Source of the DNA: Alphaproteobacteria bacterium
Lineage (GTDB): Bacteria > Pseudomonadota > Alphaproteobacteria > Rs-D84
Assembly (NCBI GenBank): GCA_017528045.1
Contig: JAFXPG010000014.1
Location: 2,252 to 66,251 of the forward strand
Reading direction: 5' to 3'
DNA: 64,000 bases
The notes under the pieces were generated by a model. The model was not told where the DNA came from. It did no database searches and saw nothing but the letters and a program-made list of their open reading frames with translations. The translations under genes and the position numbers were made by a program. Each line of letters begins with the position of its first letter. The first letter of the stretch is position 1. This document shows, piece by piece, positions 9,798 to 18,858 of the stretch.

Positions 9798-10718
9798 TTA
9801 TTCATTATCAAACAAACCTGTTTGACGTGCAACATTCCACCAATATTCAGAAAATACAGGTCTTCTGGATTTTTCCATCCATGGTTTCATAAAATCAGAA
9901 TAATGTAAACAGACCAAATTATGTTTTAAATCATCTAATTCTGCTTCTGAATAAATTTTAAATATGCGTGAACCATGTGAAAGTTGAAAGTTATATCTTA
10001 ATGGTAAAAATTGAATTCGTCCAACCAGTGTTGTGTTTAATACATCTTGGTCAGGATTTTTAAAATCATTTTCAACAGAAGCTTTTATCCATTTAGGATA
10101 AAATTTTTCTTTACGAATCTTATCTAAGTCCATTAATAAAAATCCAGAGTTTATATACTTATCTGTTCTGGTTGGTACAGCGGCAATTACATTTTTCCCC
10201 AGATCTAATTCGTACACATCAATTAAATCATTGAAAAATATCATATCTATATCTGCATATATTATTCTGGATACGTTTGGTAATAATTTTGGTAACATTA
10301 ATCTGTACCACATGGCAACAGGCCAACCACGACGATTTGATTTATCAAAATCATTATTACCATATATAAAATGCACAGAAGATTTTGTTCCTTTTACAAT
10401 ATTGCGAATAATATTTTGTAAATCTTTATCTACGTCTTTATTGATAATGCAATAAACATCATAATCACAACGGTCTTTAGATGCTGTTAATAAAGATTTT
10501 AGTGTGACAGCTGCCTTTTTACATCCGTTTGCGTCAAAACAAAAAGCCACAGGAATTTTTACGGGGTATTTTTGACGAGGTATTCTGGTTTGAGCAACTG
10601 TAGAAATTAAACCGTGATATCTTACTTTGTCGCGATTTAAACGTCTAGCTGCTTTTGTTTTTCCAAAAGCGCCAGCAACAGTTGCACAAATTTGACGGAA
10701 TTTACTGTATTTATACAT
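9798..10718 (-). CDS. Glycosyltransferase family 8 (LPS/LOS-type)
   Basis: RIIYADIDMIFFNDL (DxD) and NSGFLLMDL motifs typical of GT8. Start taken at the internal ATG (MYKYSKF); the ORF track extends to 10769. Confidence 0.8.
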   Translation of the reverse strand: MYKYSKFRQICATVAGAFGKTKAARRLNRDKVRYHGLISTVAQTRIPRQKYPVKIPVAFCFDANGCKKAAVTLKSLLTASKDRCDYDVYCIINKDVDKDLQNIIRNIVKGTKSSVHFIYGNNDFDKSNRRGWPVAMWYRLMLPKLLPNVSRIIYADIDMIFFNDLIDVYELDLGKNVIAAVPTRTDKYINSGFLLMDLDKIRKEKFYPKWIKASVENDFKNPDQDVLNTTLVGRIQFLPLRYNFQLSHGSRIFKIYSEAELDDLKHNLVCLHYSDFMKPWMEKSRRPVFSEYWWNVARQTGLFDNE

Positions 10719-10888
10719 AAAACAACCTTTGTTCTGCCTGTTTAAAGCGTAAAATAAAAAAGACTGCAAGGCAAGATAAAATTAAAAAAACGGTTGTTTT
10801 ATGGGAATTTTGATTTATAAAAATATATAAACATTGTTTATTTTGTTGTTTTATGATAAAATACCTGTGATAAAACAAAGGAAATAAA

Positions 10889-11158
10889 ATGGAATTTTTA
10901 AATATTATTTTAAATTCATCGGTGTTTATGGGGTTGTTAGCTTTTGTGTTTACAGTGTTTGGTGTCAGATGCTTAATTTATGGTGTATTGGGTGGAACAT
11001 CAACAATTTTAAGAATTATGGCAACTATTGTTTGTGCTGCAATAGCATATTATTGTTGGAAATTGGCAATATCCGCAAATGGTGCGAATATGATAGATCG
11101 TTTTATATTTGATTCTTGGCATGATCTGGTCGGTTTAATAAAATCTATAAATTTATAA
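10889..11158 (+). CDS. Small membrane protein (2-3 TM), hypothetical
   Basis: 89-aa hydrophobic ORF followed by a strong terminator. Confidence 0.5.
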   Translation: MEFLNIILNSSVFMGLLAFVFTVFGVRCLIYGVLGGTSTILRIMATIVCAAIAYYCWKLAISANGANMIDRFIFDSWHDLVGLIKSINL

Positions 11159-11163
11159 ATTAT

Positions 11164-11192
11164 AAGCCCAGTTGAAAAAACTGGGCTTTTTT
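11164..11192. terminator. Bidirectional rho-independent terminator
   Basis: AAGCCCAGttgaaaaaaCTGGGCTTtttt. Confidence 0.7.
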
Positions 11193-12150
11193 ATGCTGGG
11201 TTAAATTTAAATTTTGGTTGTCGACAACGTGGACAAATCCAATCGTCTGATATGTCTTCAAATGCGGTTCCTGGCATTATACCATTTTCTGGATCTCCGA
11301 TTTCTGGATCATAAACATATCCACATACAGAACAAACATATTTTCCTGTTTTGGTTTTAAATGTAATATCACCAACAGGCAATGTTTTTGGCGGATTGTT
11401 TAAATCTACAATTCTTTTTTGTTCCAAATTTTCGTACCCCAAAGGTGTATGTGTTGATAAGTATACAGTCGGATGAGAAACAACAAAATTACGAATGCGA
11501 TTCAACGTATCACGCGCCATTGGTAAATCTTCGTAAACAATTGATAGTTTGTTTTTATATAATGCTTCATCTGTATAAGTTACATCACCATGAATCAAAT
11601 AAAATAATCCATCATTTTCAACAATAACAATACTGTTTCCTTTGGTGTGTCCTGGTGCTTTTATATAATATATACCATCTGTTATTTTTTGATGTGCTGG
11701 AAAATTATAATAAGGTCCATCAGTAAAATGTACAGGAATAATATTTGGAATGTTTTTGATTTCATCTGCATCACATTCATCAGCATTTACGTAAATTTCT
11801 GCTTTTGGAAAACTTTTTAATTCGCCAGTATGATCGCTGTGTTTATGTGTAATTAAAATTTTTGTTATTTGTTCAGGTTTATATCCTAAATCTGTTAATG
11901 CATCCATATAAGATTTAATATTTTGTCCTGTATAAATAACAGATTTTTCATTTGGATTTTCTTCTGGAACATCGGGTGATAAGCCTGTATCTACTAAAAT
12001 AACTTCTTTCCCTGTATCAATTAGATAATTTTGTAACCCAGAACGATATTTTACAGAAGAATCAAATTTTTCCATTCCTTCTTCACCACCAAAAGCAAAA
12101 GCTTGTGTCATAAATCCGTTTGTGCGGAATTTTATTGCTTGTATTTTCAT
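11191..12150 (-). CDS. MBL-fold metallo-hydrolase fused to a C-terminal rubredoxin domain
   Basis: HKHSDHTGE (HxHxDH) motif. C-terminal [40 protein letters not shown] is a canonical rubredoxin (CxxC...CPxC). Confidence 0.85.
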   Translation of the reverse strand: MKIQAIKFRTNGFMTQAFAFGGEEGMEKFDSSVKYRSGLQNYLIDTGKEVILVDTGLSPDVPEENPNEKSVIYTGQNIKSYMDALTDLGYKPEQITKILITHKHSDHTGELKSFPKAEIYVNADECDADEIKNIPNIIPVHFTDGPYYNFPAHQKITDGIYYIKAPGHTKGNSIVIVENDGLFYLIHGDVTYTDEALYKNKLSIVYEDLPMARDTLNRIRNFVVSHPTVYLSTHTPLGYENLEQKRIVDLNNPPKTLPVGDITFKTKTGKYVCSVCGYVYDPEIGDPENGIMPGTAFEDISDDWICPRCRQPKFKFNPA

Positions 12151-12440
12151 CTTTTCTTCCTTTTTTTATTTTGTCTTTGGTAATATGCCGTTAAAACATA
12201 TACTAATATTACGAAACTAAGACTTAAAATAGCCGTGAAAATTACACCGATTTCTGGACTTTCAAGTAATACATAACCCAGATAACATAAATCAGAAATA
12301 ACCCACGATGCCCATGAAGCTAAACTTAAATCATCAGCAGATTTGGTTTTTATTATCTTAATAATTTGTGGCATATAAGATATTATTTCTAGTGTTGTAT
12401 AAACAGATAAAAGCGCGAATGCAATCATAGATTTAGTCAT
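12147..12440 (-). CDS. SemiSWEET / PQ-loop family transporter
   Basis: 97 aa with 3 predicted TM segments and a PQ motif ([19 protein letters not shown]). Stop/start overlap (ATGA) with the MBL-rubredoxin gene. Confidence 0.72.
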   Translation of the reverse strand: MTKSMIAFALLSVYTTLEIISYMPQIIKIIKTKSADDLSLASWASWVISDLCYLGYVLLESPEIGVIFTAILSLSFVILVYVLTAYYQRQNKKRKKR

Positions 12441-12553
12441 ATAAAAACCTTTTGTTCAGGAATTGTATCATATTTTTAAATATCTAAACAATATCTTATT
12501 TTTTATTGACTATTTTACAATAGTGTATAAACATAATCATTGGTGGTAATAAA

Positions 12554-13012
12554 ATGAAAAAACAATATAATTTTAAATATATGTATGCTGAAAAAAATCG
12601 AGTTCAAACACGTTCTTTTTATCGTCGCAATAAACTTATTATGCAGGGTGTTGGTGCGGATCTTTGGAAGGATTTGTGTGAATTAGAATTAAAAGTAAAA
12701 AATTATGATTTTTGGACGCCTAAGACCAAGTATATTAAAATAAAGCAAATGATAAAAGAATACGAATTATCACAACAAAAAATTAAAAATGTTCGACAAG
12801 AAGAACGATATAAACAAAATATGGAAACGGCTCGATGGTTGCGTAAGAAGAAAGAAGGTTATTATATACAACAAAAATACGCAAAAAATGAACGCTATAT
12901 ACTGGACTTATTGTATTCTCATCTGGAATATATGAAAAAAATAAATTTGAACGATTTAAAATATATTTACCATGAAATAAAAAATTCTTTTTATGAACAA
13001 AACGTCAGATAA
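12554..13012 (+). CDS. Hypothetical Lys-rich protein
   Basis: 152-aa ORF. No motif recognised. Confidence 0.4.
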   Translation: MKKQYNFKYMYAEKNRVQTRSFYRRNKLIMQGVGADLWKDLCELELKVKNYDFWTPKTKYIKIKQMIKEYELSQQKIKNVRQEERYKQNMETARWLRKKKEGYYIQQKYAKNERYILDLLYSHLEYMKKINLNDLKYIYHEIKNSFYEQNVR

Positions 13013-13074
13013 AGTAAACTATTTTTTTATGTTGTTCATGTAAATGTTTGTGTATTCTTGCAATAAATAAGATC

Positions 13075-13764
13075 TTAAAAATACATTGTGTATTTTATTT
13101 TTTTTGTTCGTTGGTGAAGATCTTCTTTGAAACGTTTGCCAAAGTCACAAAAAGTTGTGCCTTCCCAATCGATAAATGCTTTTATTTTTAATGTTTTTGG
13201 ATCCATTATAAAATTATACCATAAATCATTTTGATACCATCCGTACATAAAAGATGGTTTTTTATGTGGTGTCGGTTTCAAATCACGAATTTCTTTTGGG
13301 TCAGCTTGTCCGATTTCATATAAGAATTTAGCCAACTGTTTTATGATGATATCTGCATATTTTATACGTTTTTTGATAGAAAAAGAGTCTAAAGATACAC
13401 CTCTTATAAATTCATATTTCCTTACTGTTATATTATTCCAGTTAATTATTTCCATTTTTGGAATTTTTATAGAAGACAAAGGACGCAACGCATCTGTGAT
13501 TCTTTTTTCTCGTATTGCTATTTCTTTACCGTCTGTTTTTATAGGAAATTTAAAAACCATACTATCATCCACAATGACAACGAAATTATGACAACCAAAA
13601 CCAATAGATGTTTTTATTTTAGGATGTTTTTTTGTGCTATGAGATTTAGCAAATTCTATCATTTTTACTATAGTGTTATGATATTTTAATTGCATACGAA
13701 TACGGTTGCGTCTATTACGGTTTGGAATAAAGCCACATATAATATTTATAAGCAATTTTTTCAT
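13075..13764 (-). CDS. Kinase-like protein, paralogue 2 of 3; C-terminus truncated by a frameshift at a homopolymer
   Basis: Same architecture as 9028-9783 and 15521-16240. The conserved family tail (LLQEYTNIYMNNIKK*) lies in another frame downstream of the A8/T8 tract at 13098-13105 and ends at 13019. Confidence 0.7.
   Translation of the reverse strand: MKKLLINIICGFIPNRNRRNRIRMQLKYHNTIVKMIEFAKSHSTKKHPKIKTSIGFGCHNFVVIVDDSMVFKFPIKTDGKEIAIREKRITDALRPLSSIKIPKMEIINWNNITVRKYEFIRGVSLDSFSIKKRIKYADIIIKQLAKFLYEIGQADPKEIRDLKPTPHKKPSFMYGWYQNDLWYNFIMDPKTLKIKAFIDWEGTTFCDFGKRFKEDLHQRTKKIKYTMYF
13098..13105. repeat. Homopolymeric T8 (A8 on the coding strand) inside the 3' end of the kinase-like paralogue 2
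   Basis: Counted directly in tattttaTTTTTTTTgttcg. A +1 or -2 slip restores the conserved C-terminal tail. Confidence 0.9.
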
Positions 13765-13866
13765 TTATTTTCCTTGTTTATGATAATATTCCTAGTATAA
13801 AATAACAGATGGGTATTTTCAATAGATTATATTTTATTATTTTAAATTAGTTAAAAAGGTTTGATT

Positions 13867-14547
13867 ATGGCTGATGTAATAAAATCAAAAGGTTGGAATT
13901 GGCAAATAGTATCAGATGATTGTACGAGTGTGTGGAAAAATCCTGCATCGGAAACTTTTTATTTGGTGTCACGTTGGAAAAATCAACATAAACAAAGTTT
14001 TTTAGATATGGGATGTGGTTTAGGACGACATTCGGTTTTATTTGCAAAAAATGGTTTTAATGTATCAGCATTTGATATTAGTGAAAATGCTATAGAACGA
14101 ACATGTGATTGGATGCAAGAACAAGGGTTAAATATAAATGCTAAAGTTGGTGATATGTTAAATATCCCTTTTGAAGATAATAGTATGGATTGTGTTTTAT
14201 GTATAAATGTTATATCTCATACAGATACTAATGGGGTGTATAAAATAGCAGATGAATTAAAACGTGTGCTTAAACAAAATGGGGAATGTTATTTAACTTT
14301 AGCTTCGAAAGATACGTGGGGATATAAACAAAATTGGCCAGTCGTTGATGAAAATACTAAATTACGTGATGAAGAAGGTCCGGAATATATGGTTCCGCAT
14401 TTTTATGCTGATTATGATTTAATATCCAAAATATTTAAAGATTTTGAGATTTTGGATATAAAGCATATTGGTACATTTTATACACACAACAATCAAAGTT
14501 ATGAAAGTTATCATTGGCATTTGTTGATAAGAAAAAGTAATGTTTAA
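13867..14547 (+). CDS. Class I SAM-dependent methyltransferase
   Basis: Motif I FLDMGCGLGRHSVLFAKNGFNVSAFDIS. ATG at 13867 preferred over TTG at 13861. Confidence 0.85.
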   Translation: MADVIKSKGWNWQIVSDDCTSVWKNPASETFYLVSRWKNQHKQSFLDMGCGLGRHSVLFAKNGFNVSAFDISENAIERTCDWMQEQGLNINAKVGDMLNIPFEDNSMDCVLCINVISHTDTNGVYKIADELKRVLKQNGECYLTLASKDTWGYKQNWPVVDENTKLRDEEGPEYMVPHFYADYDLISKIFKDFEILDIKHIGTFYTHNNQSYESYHWHLLIRKSNV

Positions 14548-15455
14548 TTTTTTTCATGGCCAAAGAAACGCATTAAAACTTTACCTGTGATGTGTAAAAT
14601 GTTTGATGGAATATCTTGAATATTCATGTCTTTTTGATATTTATACATATCTGGTGCGTTTGATGATATTTCTGATAAAACCGCATTTGCATCACCAGAT
14701 AAATAAAGTTCAAGTATTTTTTGATATTTTTTATCAAACCATTTAAAGCCTGTGCGACCAAGAATTTGTCCAACACGTCCAGAACTTAAATGGAATATTT
14801 TTCCAATCTCTTCGTGTGTTAACGGTTCGTGTTTGTTATATTTGCTGATAATTTCTTTGTCGAAATTCGGGTCTGAAAACGATTGGAGTTCCATGTAATT
14901 ATCAAATTTATTGTTTGGATTTCCATAGGTTCCTGTATACAACAATATAAAATGGTGTGCACGTGGTTTGCAAGATTCAAAATATAATTTATAAAAATAT
15001 TCTAAAAATGCCTTTGTAGCCATTATATCAATATCTGTATTTATAAAATTATTAAACAGTTGTTTTTTATACCATGTTTCAAAAACACCTGATTCAGAAA
15101 TAAATTTAAATATTTCCAAATTATATGGGATTAAATTTTGAATTTGTTTGCATTTGCGTTCAAATGCTATTTTTTGTTCAGCTTGTTGAAAAACTTCTTC
15201 TTTGCGTTGGTGTTTCAAAACTGTTGGAAATTTTCTGATTTTTGCGTATAAATCCAATATGCTATCTGGTGTTGGTATGCCTTTTTGTTTGCGTATATAC
15301 GTAAGATGTATAATGTTTTCCAGATATTTGCCGTCTTCGCTGTCTTTTTCTGGTTGGTGGCCTTGCTTTTTACAATTGTGTAAAATTTCTGTTAATTTTT
15401 TTAATATTTTTTCATTCATATTTTTTATTTTATTGGCACTTGATATTTCTGACAT
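14544..15455 (-). CDS. Hypothetical protein with sigma-70 region-4-like HTH near the C-terminus
   Basis: LTHEEIGKIFHLSSGRVGQILGR resembles the region 4.2 pattern (LT..EIG...G.S.ERVRQI). The rest is unrecognised. Confidence 0.55.
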   Translation of the reverse strand: MSEISSANKIKNMNEKILKKLTEILHNCKKQGHQPEKDSEDGKYLENIIHLTYIRKQKGIPTPDSILDLYAKIRKFPTVLKHQRKEEVFQQAEQKIAFERKCKQIQNLIPYNLEIFKFISESGVFETWYKKQLFNNFINTDIDIMATKAFLEYFYKLYFESCKPRAHHFILLYTGTYGNPNNKFDNYMELQSFSDPNFDKEIISKYNKHEPLTHEEIGKIFHLSSGRVGQILGRTGFKWFDKKYQKILELYLSGDANAVLSEISSNAPDMYKYQKDMNIQDIPSNILHITGKVLMRFFGHEKN

Positions 15456-15520
15456 TGAAAAACCTTCTTGTTAAAAATATTTTAACATTTTTTATAATGA
15501 TATCAAGTTTAACAAATAAA

Positions 15521-16240
15521 TCATTTTTCATATAATTTTAAATATTCTTGTAAAATGCTTGTCATTACAGAACGATAATCTTTTTCATAAGTAAACAAAT
15601 AACAAAAATCATTAAAACCAACATCTTCCCAATCTATGATTGCTATTATATCAAATGTTTTCGGATTCATTATAAAATTGTATTTTATATCATTTTGACA
15701 CCATCCGTGTAATATTGAAGGTTTTTTATTTGATGATGTTTTATATTTACGAAGTTCTTTGGGGTCGTTTTTACTGATAATATATAAGAACTTAGCCAAT
15801 TGTTTAGCAATTTTTATTTCTATATCGTGTGGAACTTTTTTAGGATGAAAGTATTCAAGATTTATTCCTGATATATATGGGTATTTACGAACAGCTATAC
15901 CGTCAAAATCTAATATTTCCATGTCTGGTATTTTAATTGGTGAAATTTTGCGAAATACATCTGTGATTTGTTGTTCTCGTAAAGATTTTTCATATCCATT
16001 GTTGTTTTTTGGAAATTTAAATACGTATTTATCATCAGCTGTCACAACCAAATTACGTGACCCATGTCCAATGACTTTTTTTATGTTTTTAAAATTACCT
16101 TGAGATTTAACAAATTTTACACATTTGTTAACATAGTTCCAATTTTCTAACAAAAAACGAACACGGTTACGACGATGACGATCAGGAATAAATTTACAAA
16201 TAATGTTAATAAATATTTTTTTCATATGTTTTATTGCCAT
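15521..16240 (-). CDS. Kinase-like protein, paralogue 3 of 3
   Basis: KFIPDRHRRNRVR N-terminal helix, GWCQNDIKYNF, IDWED, and tail ILQEYLKLYEK. Confidence 0.65.
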   Translation of the reverse strand: MAIKHMKKIFINIICKFIPDRHRRNRVRFLLENWNYVNKCVKFVKSQGNFKNIKKVIGHGSRNLVVTADDKYVFKFPKNNNGYEKSLREQQITDVFRKISPIKIPDMEILDFDGIAVRKYPYISGINLEYFHPKKVPHDIEIKIAKQLAKFLYIISKNDPKELRKYKTSSNKKPSILHGWCQNDIKYNFIMNPKTFDIIAIIDWEDVGFNDFCYLFTYEKDYRSVMTSILQEYLKLYEK

Positions 16241-16373
16241 AAGAAACCTATATATAAAGTTTTTATGACCCTTATTTTTTTATTGTTTCTTAGGAATATT
16301 TTCTCATAAAAGCAAGAATAAATCAAGAAATAAGCTGAAATTTTTAACCGTGGTTATATTTTTTTAAACATGA

Positions 16374-16400
16374 TTTAAAAAAACTTGTCTTTCGACAAGT
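16374..16400 (-). terminator. Rho-independent terminator downstream of the HD-domain gene
   Basis: ACTTGTCtttcGACAAGT hairpin flanked by A and T runs. Confidence 0.6.
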
Positions 16401-16404
16401 TTTT

Positions 16405-17085
16405 TTATTCATACTTAGATAATAAATCTTTCCAGATTTGTGGTGCATTAATTTCATCAAAATAAGTTTTAAGGAAATAAACGATGGTTTTATGTTTTTC
16501 GTTTATGTATTTACGCCCTGGTTCTGTAGTACATATATCACGCAGTTTTAATATCTTGTCAAAGAAATGATTAACTGCGGGAGAATATGATCGTTGTCTG
16601 TATTGTTCTACGGTTATTTCACCAGGAATACAATTTGGATCGAAAAAAGGTTCATCACTGCCCGAACGATATTCGATACAGCGTAATAATCCAATACATC
16701 CAGAAGCATCGCACATATCTGCATCTGATACAATTTCTGCTTCGATGCAGTTTGGTTTTATTCCTTTTAATCTTTTGCTGTATCCAATAGTTTTTATTAT
16801 TTCAATGGCTTTATCACAAGTGTCTTTATCAAATTCAGATCCTGATAAAATTCGTCTGGTGTTTGTTAATAAACGTTCTGATTCTGGTCCAAATAATTTA
16901 TAATCATCACAATCATGTAATAAAGCCCCCAGTGCAACTAAATCACGATTTGCATTTGGAATTTCATCACAAAAACGCATGGCTGTGTCATAGACCCTAA
17001 ACACATGTTTGTCATCATGACCAATAGAATTGTTGCCTAATAATTCAGAAACAGAATTTTTTATGTATTCAATTTTTGTCATCAA
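16405..17085 (-). CDS. HD-domain phosphohydrolase
   Basis: GHDDKHVFRV ... GALLHDCDD ... SDADMCDA pattern (H..HD..D). Confidence 0.8.
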   Translation of the reverse strand: MMTKIEYIKNSVSELLGNNSIGHDDKHVFRVYDTAMRFCDEIPNANRDLVALGALLHDCDDYKLFGPESERLLTNTRRILSGSEFDKDTCDKAIEIIKTIGYSKRLKGIKPNCIEAEIVSDADMCDASGCIGLLRCIEYRSGSDEPFFDPNCIPGEITVEQYRQRSYSPAVNHFFDKILKLRDICTTEPGRKYINEKHKTIVYFLKTYFDEINAPQIWKDLLSKYE

Positions 17086-17164
17086 AAACCTTTTTTGATT
17101 TATTTTACAGATAATTTTAATTCAAGTTTATTGTTGTTGTGTTATTATTAATAATAAAATTTTT

Positions 17165-17806
17165 TTATTCTATTGGACGACGTTTAGATTTTATTTGTTC
17201 TTCAAAAATCATATCGTCTTTCAATAATTTAGGTATGTTTTTAAATATTTCATCAATTGGATTATGATACATTTTTTCACAATAAACACTGTGTATAATT
17301 GGCAGATATCCGCATTTTATATAACACAGTATTTTTCGCATTATTTGATTTTGAGAGCATATTAAATGTAATTCTTGAAAATTGTGTTTCTTGAACAGCT
17401 CACAACTAACAAAACATTCATCACTAGAATTATATACACCATTATAAGGCATGAATTCATTGTTTGCATCATTTGCAAAAATATCTTGTTCTGGTATGCC
17501 ATGATTTATTAAATATTTTAATCCAGATTCAGATAAAGATATTAAATCAATTGTTCCGTTTTCTTGATGTTTGGAACCCGGAACATATATTTTAACATTG
17601 TTATTTTGTTTTAAAAATTTATATAATTCAATGCCGGCATCTAATCGTGTTTTGAATTCATGATTTGGCAATAACCCATCTTGTAAAGGATGTTGTGCTG
17701 CAATTTCTATCAATATACCATCACCAAAAGATTTTGCGTGTTTCATATTAATTGATGCATCATTATATAATTTTATCCATTTGGTATATATATCATATAT
17801 TTTCAT
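17165..17806 (-). CDS. Hypothetical protein, DUF218/YdcF-like (tentative)
   Basis: TRLDAGIELYK...IYVPGSKH...SLSESGLKYLINHGIPEQDIF resembles the YdcF pattern (RL..a..ly...sGg...sEA..m..yL...GVp...I). Confidence 0.5.
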   Translation of the reverse strand: MKIYDIYTKWIKLYNDASINMKHAKSFGDGILIEIAAQHPLQDGLLPNHEFKTRLDAGIELYKFLKQNNNVKIYVPGSKHQENGTIDLISLSESGLKYLINHGIPEQDIFANDANNEFMPYNGVYNSSDECFVSCELFKKHNFQELHLICSQNQIMRKILCYIKCGYLPIIHSVYCEKMYHNPIDEIFKNIPKLLKDDMIFEEQIKSKRRPIE

Positions 17807-17974
17807 AATATTATTCTCTTTTTTACAATCTTAGCATAAAAAGCATTTTTTTGCCATATGTATCCGTATATGTAAAGAATATTTCTTGTTTTAATTGATT
17901 GTTGAAATGCCAGTTGAATAAAATATTTGAATTTTTTATCTGAGTTTATTATTCTGGTGCAAAAAGGATATTAT

Positions 17975-18520
17975 ATGAATATATACGATATAAATATAAT
18001 TGATAAAGATGGTAATTCTGTTTCATTGAATAAATATAACGGCAAAGTTCTTCTGATTGTTAATACGGCGACAGAATGTGGTTTTACTCCACAATATGAA
18101 CCATTAATGGAAATATATAATAAATATAAATCTCAAGGTTTTGAAATACTTGATTTCCCATGTAATCAATTTGGACACCAGGCACCTGGATCTGCCGATG
18201 AAATATCAAATTTTTGTACGATGCATTTTGGTGTAAATTTTCCACAATTTGCTAAGGTTGAAGTTAATGGCGAAAACGCATCACAGTTATTTAAGTATTT
18301 AAAATCTGTTGCGCCATTTTCTGGATTTGATATGTTACAACCAATGTCAAAAGAAATGGATATGATGTTGCGAAATTTTGATGAAAATTATGATAAAAAT
18401 CCGGATATAAAATGGAACTTTACGAAATTTTTGGTTGATAAAAATGGTAAAGTTGTTGCGAGATTTGAACCAACCGACGATATGAATAAAATAGATTCTG
18501 CAATCGCGAATTTGTTATAA
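17975..18520 (+). CDS. Glutathione peroxidase family protein
   Basis: LLIVNTATECGFTPQYEPL...ILDFPCNQFGHQAPG...WNFTKFLVDKNG are canonical Gpx/BtuE motifs. ATG at 17975 (MNIYD) preferred over the upstream TTG. Confidence 0.9.
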   Translation: MNIYDINIIDKDGNSVSLNKYNGKVLLIVNTATECGFTPQYEPLMEIYNKYKSQGFEILDFPCNQFGHQAPGSADEISNFCTMHFGVNFPQFAKVEVNGENASQLFKYLKSVAPFSGFDMLQPMSKEMDMMLRNFDENYDKNPDIKWNFTKFLVDKNGKVVARFEPTDDMNKIDSAIANLL

Positions 18521-18562
18521 AGAATTAAAAAACACCCAAACGGACGCGACAAACCCAATATT

Positions 18563-18586
18563 AAAACGCACCATAAGGGTGCGTTT
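18563..18586. terminator. Hairpin terminator between the gpx gene and tRNA-Gln
   Basis: aaaACGCACCataagGGTGCGTttt. The T-run is better on the minus strand, that is, after tRNA-Gln. Confidence 0.5.
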
Positions 18587-18592
18587 GAATAT

Positions 18593-18666
18593 TGGTTGGA
18601 GCGCACGGATTCGAACCATGATAAAGAGAACCAAAATCTCTTGTCCTACCATTAGACGACGCTCCA
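18593..18666 (-). tRNA. tRNA-Gln (anticodon UUG)
   Basis: Minus strand reads TGGAGCGTCGTCTAATGGTAGGACAAGAGATTTTGGTTCTCTTTATCATGGTTCGAATCCGTGCGCTCCAACCA. Acceptor TGGAGCG/CGCTCCA, anticodon stem AGAGA/TCTCT, loop TTTTGGT, encoded CCA. Confidence 0.9.
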
Positions 18667-18779
18667 ATGACTGGACATATTATATATAGTTTATTGGCTT
18701 TTGCAATAAAAATTTTTATATATAAAATATCCCCAATTAAATATTTATAAAATTTATTAAATTTTTTAATGATTTGTTC

Positions 18780-18826
18780 TTGACATCGTTTTAAATATGA
18801 ATATAATCGTTAAAGTTTTTAATGAT
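18780..18826 (+). promoter_or_regulatory. Putative sigma70 promoter of the efflux operon with an overlapping palindromic (MarR-type) operator
   Basis: TTGACA (18780-18785), 16-nt spacer, TATAAT (18802-18807). A 9-3-9 palindrome ATCGTTAAA-gtt-TTTAATGAT lies at 18806-18826. Confidence 0.45.
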
Positions 18827-18858
18827 TTAGATATTTAAATAATTAAAAGGTGTGTTAA

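Noticed and set aside
18388-18606. 72-aa ORF on the minus strand
   Set aside because: It is antisense to the 3' end of the glutathione peroxidase gene and runs into the tRNA-Gln terminator and 3' end. Not credible.
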